NCBI GenBank assembly: GCA_965209035.1 | Contig: OZ242372.1 | Span: 224,001 to 288,000 of the forward strand | DNA length: 64,000 nucleotides | Origin: Gammaproteobacteria bacterium | Lineage (GTDB): Bacteria; Pseudomonadota; Gammaproteobacteria; CBDBNL01; JAAOII01 | Direction: 5' to 3' | Part shown: positions 11,737 to 22,163 of the stretch, piece by piece | Layout: the number at the start of each line of letters is the position of its first letter | Position numbering within the stretch: position 1 is the first letter of the stretch | Translations under genes and position numbers: made by a program | Notes under the pieces: generated by a model | Databases searched by the model: none | The model's input: only the letters and a program-made list of their open reading frames with translations | What the model was told of the DNA's origin: nothing

Positions 11737-12882
11737 TTATCGCTCCGATTCGTAATCTTCACCCATCGCATTTTTTGACAACACCAGATGCCACAGTTGG
11801 GCGCCGCGTGTCCGATGCGATGCGGCGGAAAAAAGAAGATAGTAATGCCACATACGATAAAATCGCTCGCTGTATTTCCCTTTCAGAGAACCCCAGTTTG
11901 CGGTGAAGTTTTCATACCACGCCATCAAGGTCTTGTAATAATGACCGCTAAAAACATGCCAATCCTCCAGCATGAACAAGTCATCAAAAGAAGCTGTTAA
12001 CTGCTTGGCCGAAGGTATCATGCTATTGGGGAAAATATACTTTGACATCCACGGTTCATAATAAACAGTGGTATCATTACTGCCGTTTGTATGCACAAGC
12101 ATTAATCCCTTGTCTTTAAGACATCGGTAAGAGGTTTTCATCAGCTGACGATAATTTTTGTAGCCCACATGCTCACAGATGCCAATGGCTGCGATGCGAT
12201 CGTAGGCGCCGGTGGCTTTACGATAGTCCGATTCTATGATCTTGACCTTTAAACCTTTTGTGAGCTCCCGGGCATACTTGATTTGCTCGCGCGCAATATT
12301 GTAAACCGTCACCGCACAGCCGTAATTTTTTGCCATGAAGCGCGCCAGGCCGCCGAACCCGCCGCCGAGTTCCAAAACATGCATTCCCGGTTTAAGTTTA
12401 AGTTTGCGACAGATTAGGTCCAGTTTGTTAAACTGTGCTTCATCCAAAGTTTTGGCATCCTTCCAATAAGCGCAAGTATACTGCATATCCTTGCCCAACA
12501 TGGATTCATAAACATCATTGCCCGCATCGTAATGTTCGTAAGCAACCTTGGTGGAGCGACGAATAGTTTGTTGATTGAACAGATTGGGTAAAAATCTGTA
12601 AAGAAAGTTTTCGCGAAATCCTTTGGGACGGCCGGATAAGCCGGGCAAGGTCTGCATCGCATGGGTAATCACAAGATAAAAGAAATGTTCCAGATCGCGA
12701 CAATCCCACATGCCGTCCACATAGGTCTCTCCCAATGCCAAGGATTTTTGGCGAGCAATACTTGCATATACTCTGTCATCCTTAATTTGAGGGTCCCAAG
12801 GGTTATCGCCATTAATGCGGATGTTCGCCGGCTCCAAAATTTCCCGTTGTAGTTTTTGTTTGATTTTCTCTTTAATGTTCAT
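11737..12882 (-). CDS. cfa: Cyclopropane-fatty-acyl-phospholipid synthase
   Basis: [18 protein letters not shown]-binding [29 protein letters not shown] motifs. Confidence 0.92.
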   Translation of the reverse strand: MNIKEKIKQKLQREILEPANIRINGDNPWDPQIKDDRVYASIARQKSLALGETYVDGMWDCRDLEHFFYLVITHAMQTLPGLSGRPKGFRENFLYRFLPNLFNQQTIRRSTKVAYEHYDAGNDVYESMLGKDMQYTCAYWKDAKTLDEAQFNKLDLICRKLKLKPGMHVLELGGGFGGLARFMAKNYGCAVTVYNIAREQIKYARELTKGLKVKIIESDYRKATGAYDRIAAIGICEHVGYKNYRQLMKTSYRCLKDKGLMLVHTNGSNDTTVYYEPWMSKYIFPNSMIPSAKQLTASFDDLFMLEDWHVFSGHYYKTLMAWYENFTANWGSLKGKYSERFYRMWHYYLLFSAASHRTRGAQLWHLVLSKNAMGEDYESER

Positions 12883-12916
12883 CTTTCTATTTTTAATGGT
12901 TATTATTAATTGTTAA

Positions 12917-13777
12917 TCATACGGCTTTGTTCTTTAAGTTATCCATAAATTTTCCATAACCGAGTTCGCCAAACCAAAATTGCAGCATGTTGTTAATGCC
13001 GCGCGTTGTCAAACTTGCCCCGGAAAGAGCGTCCACCTGATCACTTGCCGCGGACAGATCGTCCGCATGCTCGCTTGCCCCGGACAGATCGTCCGCCCGA
13101 TCCAAGTTCGCCGGATTTGCATATTCGCCACCCGCACCGGCACTCTTGCCGACACTTATTCCAAGTTTGCCCTGTTCGTCAAACACTCTTTTGCCTTTCC
13201 ACTGGGCCTTCCATTTGGGGCTATCCACTTCCCCACCCAATCCGGGAGTTTCCCCATGCTCGGAAAAAGTCAGTCCGTAAACTTGATTGTAGTCTTCCCC
13301 GCTCAGGGCAATATAACCAAACAAAGTGGACCACAGACCATAACCGCGAATCGGCAGAACCAAAATTTCCTTGCCGTCCGCAGAACGCATGGAATAAACG
13401 GGCACATAATATTCCAGTCGACCAAGACCCGCAATATCCTCTTTGCGGTCCAACGGGCGAGAATACTGAGGATCGCGCATAGCATCCCGATGCTCGTATT
13501 GGTCGGCGGCAAGATCCGTAGCAAATATTCCGGTCCGCAGATCCACCAAGCGAACAGTAACTTCTGAAAACAATCGCTGAATTTCTTTCTTATCAACCGC
13601 ACCCGCATCCGCGGACAGGATACCTGCGGCTGTCAAGATATTGGCATTACGGTTTACCAGTTTGTTGGTTTCTTGTAAATCACGCAAAGCAACAGCCGAA
13701 TAGGATACGAGCACCGAGCATCCCAAACATACCATTACTGTCACCACAATAATTCGCGAAATAGAATCTTTTTTCAT
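12917..13777 (-). CDS. nqrC: Na+-NQR subunit C (FMN-binding)
   Basis: LPIRGYGLWST, HGETPGLGGEV, VDALSGASLT, FWFGELGY motifs. Confidence 0.94.
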   Translation of the reverse strand: MKKDSISRIIVVTVMVCLGCSVLVSYSAVALRDLQETNKLVNRNANILTAAGILSADAGAVDKKEIQRLFSEVTVRLVDLRTGIFATDLAADQYEHRDAMRDPQYSRPLDRKEDIAGLGRLEYYVPVYSMRSADGKEILVLPIRGYGLWSTLFGYIALSGEDYNQVYGLTFSEHGETPGLGGEVDSPKWKAQWKGKRVFDEQGKLGISVGKSAGAGGEYANPANLDRADDLSGASEHADDLSAASDQVDALSGASLTTRGINNMLQFWFGELGYGKFMDNLKNKAV

Positions 13778-13851
13778 ACCCAAATTATAGCATGTCAAAC
13801 AATACCACCGGCGAACGCAAGGAAGCCGCCAAGGCACCCGGGCTCGGACGA

Positions 13852-14511
13852 TTAGTGCGATACTCTAAAATCAAATGTTTCCGATAGTGTTTCATTAATA
13901 CGATATGTTTCCGACCGGACCATATTTCCCTCCGGGTCATAGTAGTTGATATCCAGTCTGCCGTCTGCCGATGCGGGTACAGGGTAAATTGTCGCATCCG
14001 CGGAAGTTCCGTTCACCACCAAGTTTGCGATCAAGTTCAACCCGGCCGACAAACTGATTGTTCCCGCTCTTGTTATTCCTCTTTGGACACACAGTAATCT
14101 TTCGGGCGGGGGACAACTAAATACGGACTGATAGGTATCATCACCACAAAATACAGGTAATCCGCCACAGCCTTCCGTGCAAGCGGTTTGTACCCGGCCG
14201 CCGTCTTCGCACCGAACATACAGATTCTCCGTAATGTCCTCCTCCGTCGGCGATGCGCAACTCTGCGGATAGTCGGTACAACTGACCACCCAGGATCTGT
14301 TACCGTTCTCTTCGGTACAAATGCACGCATTGAAATCTCTTGTAACACTGTCGGCATAATTCCCTCTGGAATCCTCGCCACAAGAAAGCAAAGTGATTGC
14401 GCCGGCAATCAAGAGTCCCGGCAAAATAGCCCGCATAAAAACTCTTCTTGCGGTCCCTTTCGTCCTCACCGGCGGCATCGTTTTACCCTTCATCTTAAAT
14501 AACAGTTGCAT
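13852..14511 (-). CDS. Cysteine-rich putative lipoprotein of unknown function
   Basis: Lipobox-like LLSC after a hydrophobic stretch, then 10 further Cys. Confidence 0.6.
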   Translation of the reverse strand: MQLLFKMKGKTMPPVRTKGTARRVFMRAILPGLLIAGAITLLSCGEDSRGNYADSVTRDFNACICTEENGNRSWVVSCTDYPQSCASPTEEDITENLYVRCEDGGRVQTACTEGCGGLPVFCGDDTYQSVFSCPPPERLLCVQRGITRAGTISLSAGLNLIANLVVNGTSADATIYPVPASADGRLDINYYDPEGNMVRSETYRINETLSETFDFRVSH

Positions 14512-14572
14512 TCGTTTAATCTCTTCGGCTTCATTAAGAACATTATAATATTTTTAAGGGTAAAATATATCC

Positions 14573-15229
14573 GTGGTTATCAAAAAATACTCGGCGGGTA
14601 TCTCACTGATTATTCTGTTGTTGTTCGCTTCGGTTGCTCATGCCGAGTCCTCTATGCGCATCCGCGGCGGCATCAGCGGCGGTTACTTGCTTCCCGATTT
14701 ACAACAACGCAGATGCGCGGCCTGCGACCACGAACCCGATTCACAAACGGGAATTAATGCCTTGATAGACTTTGAATTTAACGGACATTCTTTTAGCGTT
14801 GATCGGTATTTGCTTGATTTTACTTATCCCGCTTCCGATCGCTTTTTTGCATCCGAAGATCAAATTGAAATGACTACATTGGGGTACAGATACTTCACAC
14901 CGCCCGGTATGTACTTTGGTTTCGGGCAAATGTTTGATTGGAGACTCAAACAAACAATAGAAACGGAAGACAAATTGCAAATAATGTATGACACCAATAT
15001 CATTCCCTTATTCGGCCCCTATCTTCTGATTCTCGGATACGAAAAGGTATTCGCGACCAGATTGACACTTGGCATGCATTTCTTTTCCTCACAGCAGCAT
15101 GATATAAAATGCTCGCGAGTTTCCCACAGAGGATCTTCGCTATCCGTACCGGAATGTCCCCACCGAAATAGCATAAGGTTCTCCGCGCAGCAACTGAGTC
15201 TCACTCTCGGGTATGCGTTCAAACTTTAA
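14573..15229 (+). CDS. Putative small outer-membrane beta-barrel protein
   Basis: Signal peptide ending AHA; amphipathic strands (TTLGYRYF); C-terminal LSLTLGYAFKL. Confidence 0.55.
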   Translation: MVIKKYSAGISLIILLLFASVAHAESSMRIRGGISGGYLLPDLQQRRCAACDHEPDSQTGINALIDFEFNGHSFSVDRYLLDFTYPASDRFFASEDQIEMTTLGYRYFTPPGMYFGFGQMFDWRLKQTIETEDKLQIMYDTNIIPLFGPYLLILGYEKVFATRLTLGMHFFSSQQHDIKCSRVSHRGSSLSVPECPHRNSIRFSAQQLSLTLGYAFKL

Positions 15230-15435
15230 AGAGATTTTAAATATTCCTCCGCCAACCGGCGATTAAAATAAAAAGAACGGACGCAAGAGCCCTGCATTCC
15301 GCGGGTGTATTTGGCGTGTATTGAAGTTCAAAAGGCACTCATTCAATAGGGTTTCAATATTCGTTTTTGGTCAAAACAAATTAACTATTGTCTTGTATCT
15401 CGTTTTTTATAGTATGTTTGTTTTATAATTTACCC

Positions 15436-15987
15436 ATGACATATCAATATAACCAAATGATGAAAAAATATTTCTTGCCTTTGCTTCAATATACCCTATG
15501 GACTCTCACGGCATGTTTTGTGCTTTCAATGCCGGCACAGGCCGCCGAAGAAAAACCGGTCATCGGTGTGATTGATTGGCGAGAAGCCGTATTCTCAAGT
15601 AAGACCGCCCAAAAAGAGAATGCCGACTTAAAGAGACAGCACAAAGCGGATACGGATAAAATTAAAAGTCTGGAGGGCCGGATTCGCAGTAATAACGACC
15701 GTTTAGAGAAAGAAGGAGAATCCATGAGTTCCAAAAAGAAAGAAAAGATTCTCAAACAATTGCAAGCGGATGTTCTTGAATATCAAAAACTGGGAGAAAG
15801 GTTACAAACAGTGCTCAAACGCACCGAGCAAGAGTTTATTCAAAGACAAAGCGTCAAAATGACCGAAGCATTTAAAATAATTAGCGAGAAAAAAGGACTG
15901 CATGTGATTCTGGCCAAAGATGCTGTCGTATATTCGCGTTTAAGTATAGACATCACTCAAGATGTCATAAAATATTTGGATAAATAG
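15436..15987 (+). CDS. skp: Periplasmic chaperone Skp/OmpH
   Basis: Signal peptide, IGVIDW, long coiled coil, DITQDVIKYL; upstream of fabZ. Confidence 0.88.
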   Translation: MTYQYNQMMKKYFLPLLQYTLWTLTACFVLSMPAQAAEEKPVIGVIDWREAVFSSKTAQKENADLKRQHKADTDKIKSLEGRIRSNNDRLEKEGESMSSKKKEKILKQLQADVLEYQKLGERLQTVLKRTEQEFIQRQSVKMTEAFKIISEKKGLHVILAKDAVVYSRLSIDITQDVIKYLDK

Positions 15988-15992
15988 CGGAT

Positions 15993-16496
15993 ATGGAAAA
16001 ACAGGAAAACATGATGGATATTGAAGATATCCAAAAGGTCCTTAGGCATCGCTACCCTTTTTTACTTGTTGACCGAGTAACCGGTTTGGAGTTCGGCAGC
16101 AGTATCTCCGCTTACAAAAATGTTACTTACAATGAGCCTTTCTTTCAAGGACATTTCCCCAAATTTTCTATCATGCCGGGTGTTCTCACTCTGGAGGCCA
16201 TGGTTCAAACCGCCGGTATTCTTTCATACAAAACACTTGAACAGCAAGCGGAAAGTTCGGATGAGTTTCACAAAGGAAACGAAAATTTCATTTATATTCT
16301 GGCCGGCACCGAAAAAGTGCGTTTTCGTAAGCCGGTCGTACCGGGCGACTGTTTACAAATGTTCGTTGAGATTCTCAAAGTAAAATCCGACATATGGAAA
16401 TACCGTGCCGTTGCCACTGTGGACGATATACCCGTATGTGATGCGCTTATTTATTGCAAAGGGGAAGAAAAAAAGAATTTGCTTCGCATAAAGTAA
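15993..16496 (+). CDS. fabZ: 3-hydroxyacyl-ACP dehydratase FabZ
   Basis: LRHRYPFLLVDRV, FFQGHFP, MPGVL, FRKPVVPGD motifs. Confidence 0.96.
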   Translation: MEKQENMMDIEDIQKVLRHRYPFLLVDRVTGLEFGSSISAYKNVTYNEPFFQGHFPKFSIMPGVLTLEAMVQTAGILSYKTLEQQAESSDEFHKGNENFIYILAGTEKVRFRKPVVPGDCLQMFVEILKVKSDIWKYRAVATVDDIPVCDALIYCKGEEKKNLLRIK

Positions 16497-16502
16497 GCAC
16501 GA

Positions 16503-17282
16503 ATGCCGATTCATCCTACTGCGATTGTAGATTCTGCGGCAAAAATTCATAACACGGCAACCATAGGTCCCTATGTCCAAATCAACGGGGAAGTGGAAAT
16601 TGGTGTGCATTGTTATGTTGCCGGTCACTGTCAAATATTAGGCCCCACTGTTATTGGCAAACACAACAAACTGCATTTTGCCTGTGCTTTGGGCGATACC
16701 CCGCAAGATCTAAAATACAAAGAGGAAGAAGGCGGTATTCTCCAAATAGGCGACCACAATATTTTTCGCGAAGGATGTATCATTCACCGCTCTAGCACAA
16801 AAAAAAATACGCATATCGGCGATCATAACTTCTTAATGATTTATGCTCATGTCGGTCATGATTGTCATATCGGTTGCCATAACATCTTCGGTTGCTATGC
16901 CGCTTTCGGCGGACATACAAAAATTGGCAATTACACGAATATCAGCGCGCATGTGGCGGTGCATCAATATTGTCGCATCGGCGATCATGCGCATATTGGC
17001 GGCGGTGCGATGATCAGACAAGATATCGCACCCTACATCTTGATGGGAAAAAGTGGTAAAATCCCGGCCGGCATCAATGTCCGAGGATTAAAACGCAACG
17101 GCTTTGACGATGCGCGTATCCGGGCCCTGCGCACCGCCTATCGGATCTTTTTCCGAGAAGGTCTTGCTAAAAATGCGGCAATTGAAAAACTGAAGTCTTT
17201 GGATATCGCCTCAAAAGGAAAGGAAGTTGAGAAATTCGTTCATTTTCTCGAACAACAAACCGCGCGGGGGGTCGCACGCTAA
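16503..17282 (+). CDS. lpxA: UDP-N-acetylglucosamine O-acyltransferase
   Basis: Hexapeptide repeats, PQDLKY, HVGHDC, HQYCRIG, GLKRNGF. Confidence 0.95.
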   Translation: MPIHPTAIVDSAAKIHNTATIGPYVQINGEVEIGVHCYVAGHCQILGPTVIGKHNKLHFACALGDTPQDLKYKEEEGGILQIGDHNIFREGCIIHRSSTKKNTHIGDHNFLMIYAHVGHDCHIGCHNIFGCYAAFGGHTKIGNYTNISAHVAVHQYCRIGDHAHIGGGAMIRQDIAPYILMGKSGKIPAGINVRGLKRNGFDDARIRALRTAYRIFFREGLAKNAAIEKLKSLDIASKGKEVEKFVHFLEQQTARGVAR

Positions 17283-17286
17283 CAGG

Positions 17287-18489
17287 ATGCAGCCTGCTCC
17301 AACGAATGCTCAAATCAAGGATCCAATCAAGGATCCTACCAAGGCACCGACCATTGCACTGATCGCATGCGAAGAATCCGGCGACTCTCTGGGACAAGAG
17401 CTGATGTTAAAACTGCGGGATAAACTTCCGCATGCAAAGTTTATCGGGATTGGCGGGCAAAAAATGCAAGCCGCCGGTCTGCGCTCTTGGGTTGAAATGG
17501 AGCAACTCTCCGTTATCGGTCTGACCGAAGCCCTCTTAAAATTGACAAAGATCTTGCGAATTTCTCGCCGAGTCAAACAACTCTTGGCAAAAAACAAACC
17601 GGATCTGTTTATAGGAATCGACGCGCCCGGCTTTAACTTGCACATGGCGGGTTATATGCGTAAGATGGGATGTCCGACAGTTCAATATGTGAGTCCAACC
17701 TTTTGGGCATGGGGAGAAAAACGGATCAACAAGGTGCGGCGGGTCATCAATCTTGTCCTTTGTCTTTATCCTATGGAAAAACAACGCTATGATCGCGAAA
17801 AGATTCCCTCGGTGTTTGTCGGGCATCCTATCGCGGATCAAATCGCACCGGACAACAGCAAATCTAGCAAATCCGCCGCCCGCAAAAAATTGGGTGTCAG
17901 TAAAGAAGACACCCCCGTGATTGCCCTTCTCCCGGGAAGTCGCTCCGCCGAGATAACCAAACTCACGCACATCTTTATTGCCACGGCCAATACTTATCTG
18001 CGACAAAAGCGCGACACCCGGTTTATTTTGGTGGCGGTCAATTCAAAGTGGGCCGAGTATATTAAAAAATCGCTACCCAAAGACGAGCAAGTGAGGCGAC
18101 ATTTTCGGGTTGTCATCGGCCAAAGCCGCACCGCAATGACGGCGGCCGATTGCGTTCTCTTGGCATCCGGCACCGCCACCTTGGAATGCATGTTCATCAA
18201 ACGCCCGATGGTTGTCGCATACAAGGTATCTTTTATTACCTTTTTTCTGGCAAAAAACTTTCTCGCCCGCATCCCGTATATCGCCCAGCCCAATATTCTT
18301 CTCGGCAGAATGGCCGTTGAAGAATACCTGCAACAAAAAGCCAATCCTGCCAATCTAAGTCGCGCCCTTGCGCGTATTCTCGCCAAGCCCTTTGAGCTAA
18401 AAGAGGAGTACAACAGAATTCATCGTCTGATGCGGCGCAACGCATCCCAAAAAGCGGCCGATGCCGTCTGCGAACTTCTGAATTTCTAA
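17287..18489 (+). CDS. lpxB: Lipid-A-disaccharide synthase
   Basis: EESGDSLG, GIDAPGFN, YVSPTFWAW, LLPGSRSAE, ASGTATLE motifs. Confidence 0.95.
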   Translation: MQPAPTNAQIKDPIKDPTKAPTIALIACEESGDSLGQELMLKLRDKLPHAKFIGIGGQKMQAAGLRSWVEMEQLSVIGLTEALLKLTKILRISRRVKQLLAKNKPDLFIGIDAPGFNLHMAGYMRKMGCPTVQYVSPTFWAWGEKRINKVRRVINLVLCLYPMEKQRYDREKIPSVFVGHPIADQIAPDNSKSSKSAARKKLGVSKEDTPVIALLPGSRSAEITKLTHIFIATANTYLRQKRDTRFILVAVNSKWAEYIKKSLPKDEQVRRHFRVVIGQSRTAMTAADCVLLASGTATLECMFIKRPMVVAYKVSFITFFLAKNFLARIPYIAQPNILLGRMAVEEYLQQKANPANLSRALARILAKPFELKEEYNRIHRLMRRNASQKAADAVCELLNF

Positions 18490-18527
18490 ACTTCTAAACT
18501 TCTAACTAAGGAAACAAAATTCTGTCA

Positions 18528-19661
18528 GTGAAAACGAAAACGAAAATGAAAATAAAACCCGTTGATCTGCAAGCACAGTATCTGGCATACAAGGCCGAAA
18601 CAGATGCGGCGATTCACAGCGTCTTGGCGGATGCCTGTTATATCGGCGGCAAGGACATTGACAAACTGGAAGAAGAATTGGCGATGCGTTGCGGTGCCAA
18701 GCACGCCATCTGTTGTTCCAGCGGAACAGACGCCCTGCTTCTTGCTCTGATGGCGGAGGGCATAGGGCCCGGCGACGAAGTCATCACCACATCCTTTACT
18801 TTTGTCGCCACCGCGGAAACAACCGCCCTGCTTGGAGCCCGTTCCGTATTTATAGACATCAAAGAATCCACCGCCCTCATGAACGAAGAACTGATAGAAG
18901 ATGCGATTTCACCGGCGACGCGGGCGATCATCCCCGTATCTTTGTTTGGTCAAACCTGCGATATGGATGCCATTTACCGCATCGCCCAAAAGCATCGCCT
19001 TGTTGTCATTGAGGACGCAGCTCAAAGTTTCGGCGCCGCTTACAAAGACCGGTTTTCTTGCAATCTCAGCGAATACGCCTGCACCAGTTTTTACCCGGCA
19101 AAGCCCTTGGGCTGCTACGGCGACGGCGGTGCCGTTTTTACCAACGACGCAGCGAAAATGCAAAAAATCCGCCGGCTTCTTAACCATGGCCAAAACGAGA
19201 AATATGCCTATTCCGAAGTCGGCATTAACGGCAGGCTAGATACCATACAGGCCGCCATCCTGCGTGTCAAGTTAAAGTATCACGCCAAGGAGATGGAAGC
19301 CCGGCGAAGCATCGCATCTTTTTATGACAAAGAATTAACAGGGACCGCTCTGACGCCCTTGCGGATTTCGGAATACAACAAGAGCTCATATGCCCAATAC
19401 AGCCTTTATGCCCCGCCGGGAACCCGCGACAATTTCAGAGCACAACTTGCCGAGGCGGGCATACCCACCGCAATTTACTATCCGCTCCCCCTGCACCTGC
19501 AAGAAGCCTACAAGAAGAATACTGTGACACACAAAAATCTTCGCGCAACGGAGACAGCCGCAAACAACATTATGAGCATCCCCATGCATCCTTTTTTGAC
19601 CCGGGAAGAATGCAATTACATAGTCGCACATTTGAAAGCCTGCAAGCCCGCGTGCATATGA
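18528..19661 (+). CDS. DegT/DnrJ/EryC1/StrS-family sugar aminotransferase (WbpE-like)
   Basis: SGTDAL, IEDAAQSFG, SFYPAKPLGCYGDGG motifs. Confidence 0.92.
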   Translation: MKTKTKMKIKPVDLQAQYLAYKAETDAAIHSVLADACYIGGKDIDKLEEELAMRCGAKHAICCSSGTDALLLALMAEGIGPGDEVITTSFTFVATAETTALLGARSVFIDIKESTALMNEELIEDAISPATRAIIPVSLFGQTCDMDAIYRIAQKHRLVVIEDAAQSFGAAYKDRFSCNLSEYACTSFYPAKPLGCYGDGGAVFTNDAAKMQKIRRLLNHGQNEKYAYSEVGINGRLDTIQAAILRVKLKYHAKEMEARRSIASFYDKELTGTALTPLRISEYNKSSYAQYSLYAPPGTRDNFRAQLAEAGIPTAIYYPLPLHLQEAYKKNTVTHKNLRATETAANNIMSIPMHPFLTREECNYIVAHLKACKPACI

Positions 19662-19710
19662 GAAACGGATAAAGAATTACATCAATTAAAAGCATCAGCG
19701 AAAATCATCA

Positions 19711-20718
19711 ATGAAAAAAAGAGCCACTAAGCGTAACCGCCTCTCGCTTCTCACAGCACGGTTCGGCTTAACCATTCTGAAAGGCATCGCCATGCTGCCC
19801 TTACCTCTCATGCATTTCTTTGCCAATGTTTTGGGGATTTTTGTATTTTGTGTCATACCGGCTCGCCGTCGCATTACGCGTATTAATCTCCTGATGTGTT
19901 TTCCCGAACTCTCCGCAAAAAAAATTAACCGAATGGTTCTTGACAACTATTGCCGTTGTATGACAGGGGCCCTATGGGGACTGCGCGTATTTTTCTCGCC
20001 GACTTCCGCATACGGAAAACAACTCACGGCAAGCACTCAACCGCCCGCCCGGTTTGTTCGCAAAGTGATCTGGGAGGGAGACAAACAATTGGAAGCATTC
20101 CTCGCCCAAAAAAAACGAGTCGTTCTGCTGGGAGACCATTCCGCATATATGGACATTATTGGCTGGGTGGTATGTCGCCGATTTCCGTCTGTCATTTCCA
20201 TCTATCAACAATTAAAAGATCCTGTCTTTAATCGGGTGATATTCGGTCGCAAAAAATATATGAAAGGATTCTTCGAGAGCAACGACATTTATCGCATCAA
20301 AAGTAATTTTACCCCCGGCGATATACTCTGGCTTGCGATAGATCAAGACACATCGAAGAAAGCTGCGTCCGTGTTTTCTCCGTTTTGCGGTGTCATGGCT
20401 GCTTCGGCGATCACCGGCTGGCGTTGGGCAAAAATCATGAAAGCCGAAACATTTGTCCTTCACGGCATTCTCATGCCCAACTACACCTTAAAGATCTACT
20501 TTCATCAGATCCCCGATTTTGGAAGTCTGCCGGTACAGGCTGCCATAGATCGGCAAAACCAAGCCATAACGAAGTACATCCGAATGGAACCGACACAGTA
20601 TTTCTGGATGCACCGGCGTTTTAAGAGCCGACCAACGGGAGAAAAACCTTTTTATCCCGTCATCAAAAAATACAAGAAGCGGCAAGAAATAGCAAGAAAC
20701 AGCAATAAACAGCAATAA
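19711..20718 (+). CDS. Lipid A secondary acyltransferase, LpxL/HtrB family (paralog 1)
   Basis: RRRITRINL..CFPE, H-x4-D (HSAYMD), DQD, QYFWMHRRFKSRP. Confidence 0.88.
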   Translation: MKKRATKRNRLSLLTARFGLTILKGIAMLPLPLMHFFANVLGIFVFCVIPARRRITRINLLMCFPELSAKKINRMVLDNYCRCMTGALWGLRVFFSPTSAYGKQLTASTQPPARFVRKVIWEGDKQLEAFLAQKKRVVLLGDHSAYMDIIGWVVCRRFPSVISIYQQLKDPVFNRVIFGRKKYMKGFFESNDIYRIKSNFTPGDILWLAIDQDTSKKAASVFSPFCGVMAASAITGWRWAKIMKAETFVLHGILMPNYTLKIYFHQIPDFGSLPVQAAIDRQNQAITKYIRMEPTQYFWMHRRFKSRPTGEKPFYPVIKKYKKRQEIARNSNKQQ

Positions 20719-20753
20719 ACGGCATAACAGACAGCAAAGTACTTGGTCTATCA

Positions 20754-21779
20754 TTGAATAAAATAATCCGTCCGCACCTATCCGCACAAAAAGTGAAACT
20801 CCATAAAAATACCCGTAAAAATAAGAAGAAAAAGAAAGGGTTCAGTCATGCCGGCACTCGCCGTATCGCTTTTTTATTGCATATATTGAGCAAACTCCCC
20901 GTTACTTGGTTGCATTTTTTTGCCAATTGTCTCGGCTCCTTGCTCTTTTTATTCCAAACCAAAAAGCGTAAAATTGCCAAAATCAATATCGGCCTTTGTT
21001 TTCCGCAACTTGACAGACAAGAGATTAACACCATGGCACATCAAAGTTTTCGTAACTTCTGTTTCGGAATTCTGTGGGGACTCAAAATTTTTAATAACCC
21101 GATGACCGCCTATCGGGAAGCAACCTCTTCGTCTTCGGGAACCGGGCAACCCGGCAAAAAGAAGCCCGCAAGGTTTGTCCGAAAAATTACTTGGAGCGGG
21201 GAAAAACAACTAAAAACAATGCTCGCGGAAAATCGCCGAGTGGTTGTTCTGTCCGCCCATACCGTATTCACGGATGTGATCTGCTGGGCACTCGGTTGCC
21301 GCCATCTTGGCTCCGTCATCGGCACCTACAAAACATCCGGCAATGCCGTTTTTGACAGTATCACCGACAATCGGAAAAAATACGCCAAGGCGCTTCTAAA
21401 AACAACGGATGTTCATCGTATCAGAAAGACCTTTGCCGGCGGAGATATCTTATGGTTGGCTATGGATCAAGATTCGCCAAAGATTGCATCCGTTTTTGCG
21501 CCGTTTTTGGGAGTCCCCGCCGCCTCGCCCGTGGCCGGCCGACGTTGGGCGGATATTATGGGAGCGGAAGCTTTTTTGATGCACGGCATTGTTTTACCGG
21601 GCTATGTCCTCAAAATTTACCTCCGGTACTTGCCCGGATTTAAGGACCTGCCGGTCCAACAAGCCATAGAACTTCAAAACAACACTCTCGCGCAATACAT
21701 CAATAAAGCGCCCGAACAGTATTACTGGATGTACAAACGCTTCCGCAGCAGACCCCCGGGTGAGCCCAAGTTTTATTAA
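20754..21779 (+). CDS. Lipid A secondary acyltransferase, LpxL/HtrB family (paralog 2)
   Basis: KIAKINIGLCFP, H-x4-D (HTVFTD), DQD, PEQYYWMYKRFRSRP. Confidence 0.88.
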   Translation: MNKIIRPHLSAQKVKLHKNTRKNKKKKKGFSHAGTRRIAFLLHILSKLPVTWLHFFANCLGSLLFLFQTKKRKIAKINIGLCFPQLDRQEINTMAHQSFRNFCFGILWGLKIFNNPMTAYREATSSSSGTGQPGKKKPARFVRKITWSGEKQLKTMLAENRRVVVLSAHTVFTDVICWALGCRHLGSVIGTYKTSGNAVFDSITDNRKKYAKALLKTTDVHRIRKTFAGGDILWLAMDQDSPKIASVFAPFLGVPAASPVAGRRWADIMGAEAFLMHGIVLPGYVLKIYLRYLPGFKDLPVQQAIELQNNTLAQYINKAPEQYYWMYKRFRSRPPGEPKFY

Positions 21780-21797
21780 AAATCGCCCAAACACGCA

Positions 21798-22163
21798 ATG
21801 AGCTCAATAAATTCAATGACTAAGAAAAAACTCTATCGGGTTTTGTTTCGCCAAGGAGAAGAAACCTATGAAATCCGAGCCCGCAATGTCTATCAAGGAA
21901 ACTTGCACGGTTTTGTGGAAGTGGAAAACATTCTTTACGACGAGCGCACAAAATTAATTAACCCGGCTGCGGAAAAAATCCGAAGCGAGTTTAAAAGTGT
22001 TCAACGCAGTTACATCCCGCATTTCAACATCATCCGCATAGACGAAATTGACGAAGTTGACAAGGAACAGGAAGACTATCTTGTACACGACAACCGGCAT
22101 CTTGTTATTTATCCCCGGGATAATCCGAACAATCCGGATAATCCTAAGAAAGACAAAAAATGA
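21798..22163 (+). CDS. DUF1820-family protein
   Basis: YRVLF.Q...YEIRARNVYQ..LHGFVEVE...EFKSVQRSYIP...IIRIDE. Confidence 0.75.
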   Translation: MSSINSMTKKKLYRVLFRQGEETYEIRARNVYQGNLHGFVEVENILYDERTKLINPAAEKIRSEFKSVQRSYIPHFNIIRIDEIDEVDKEQEDYLVHDNRHLVIYPRDNPNNPDNPKKDKK

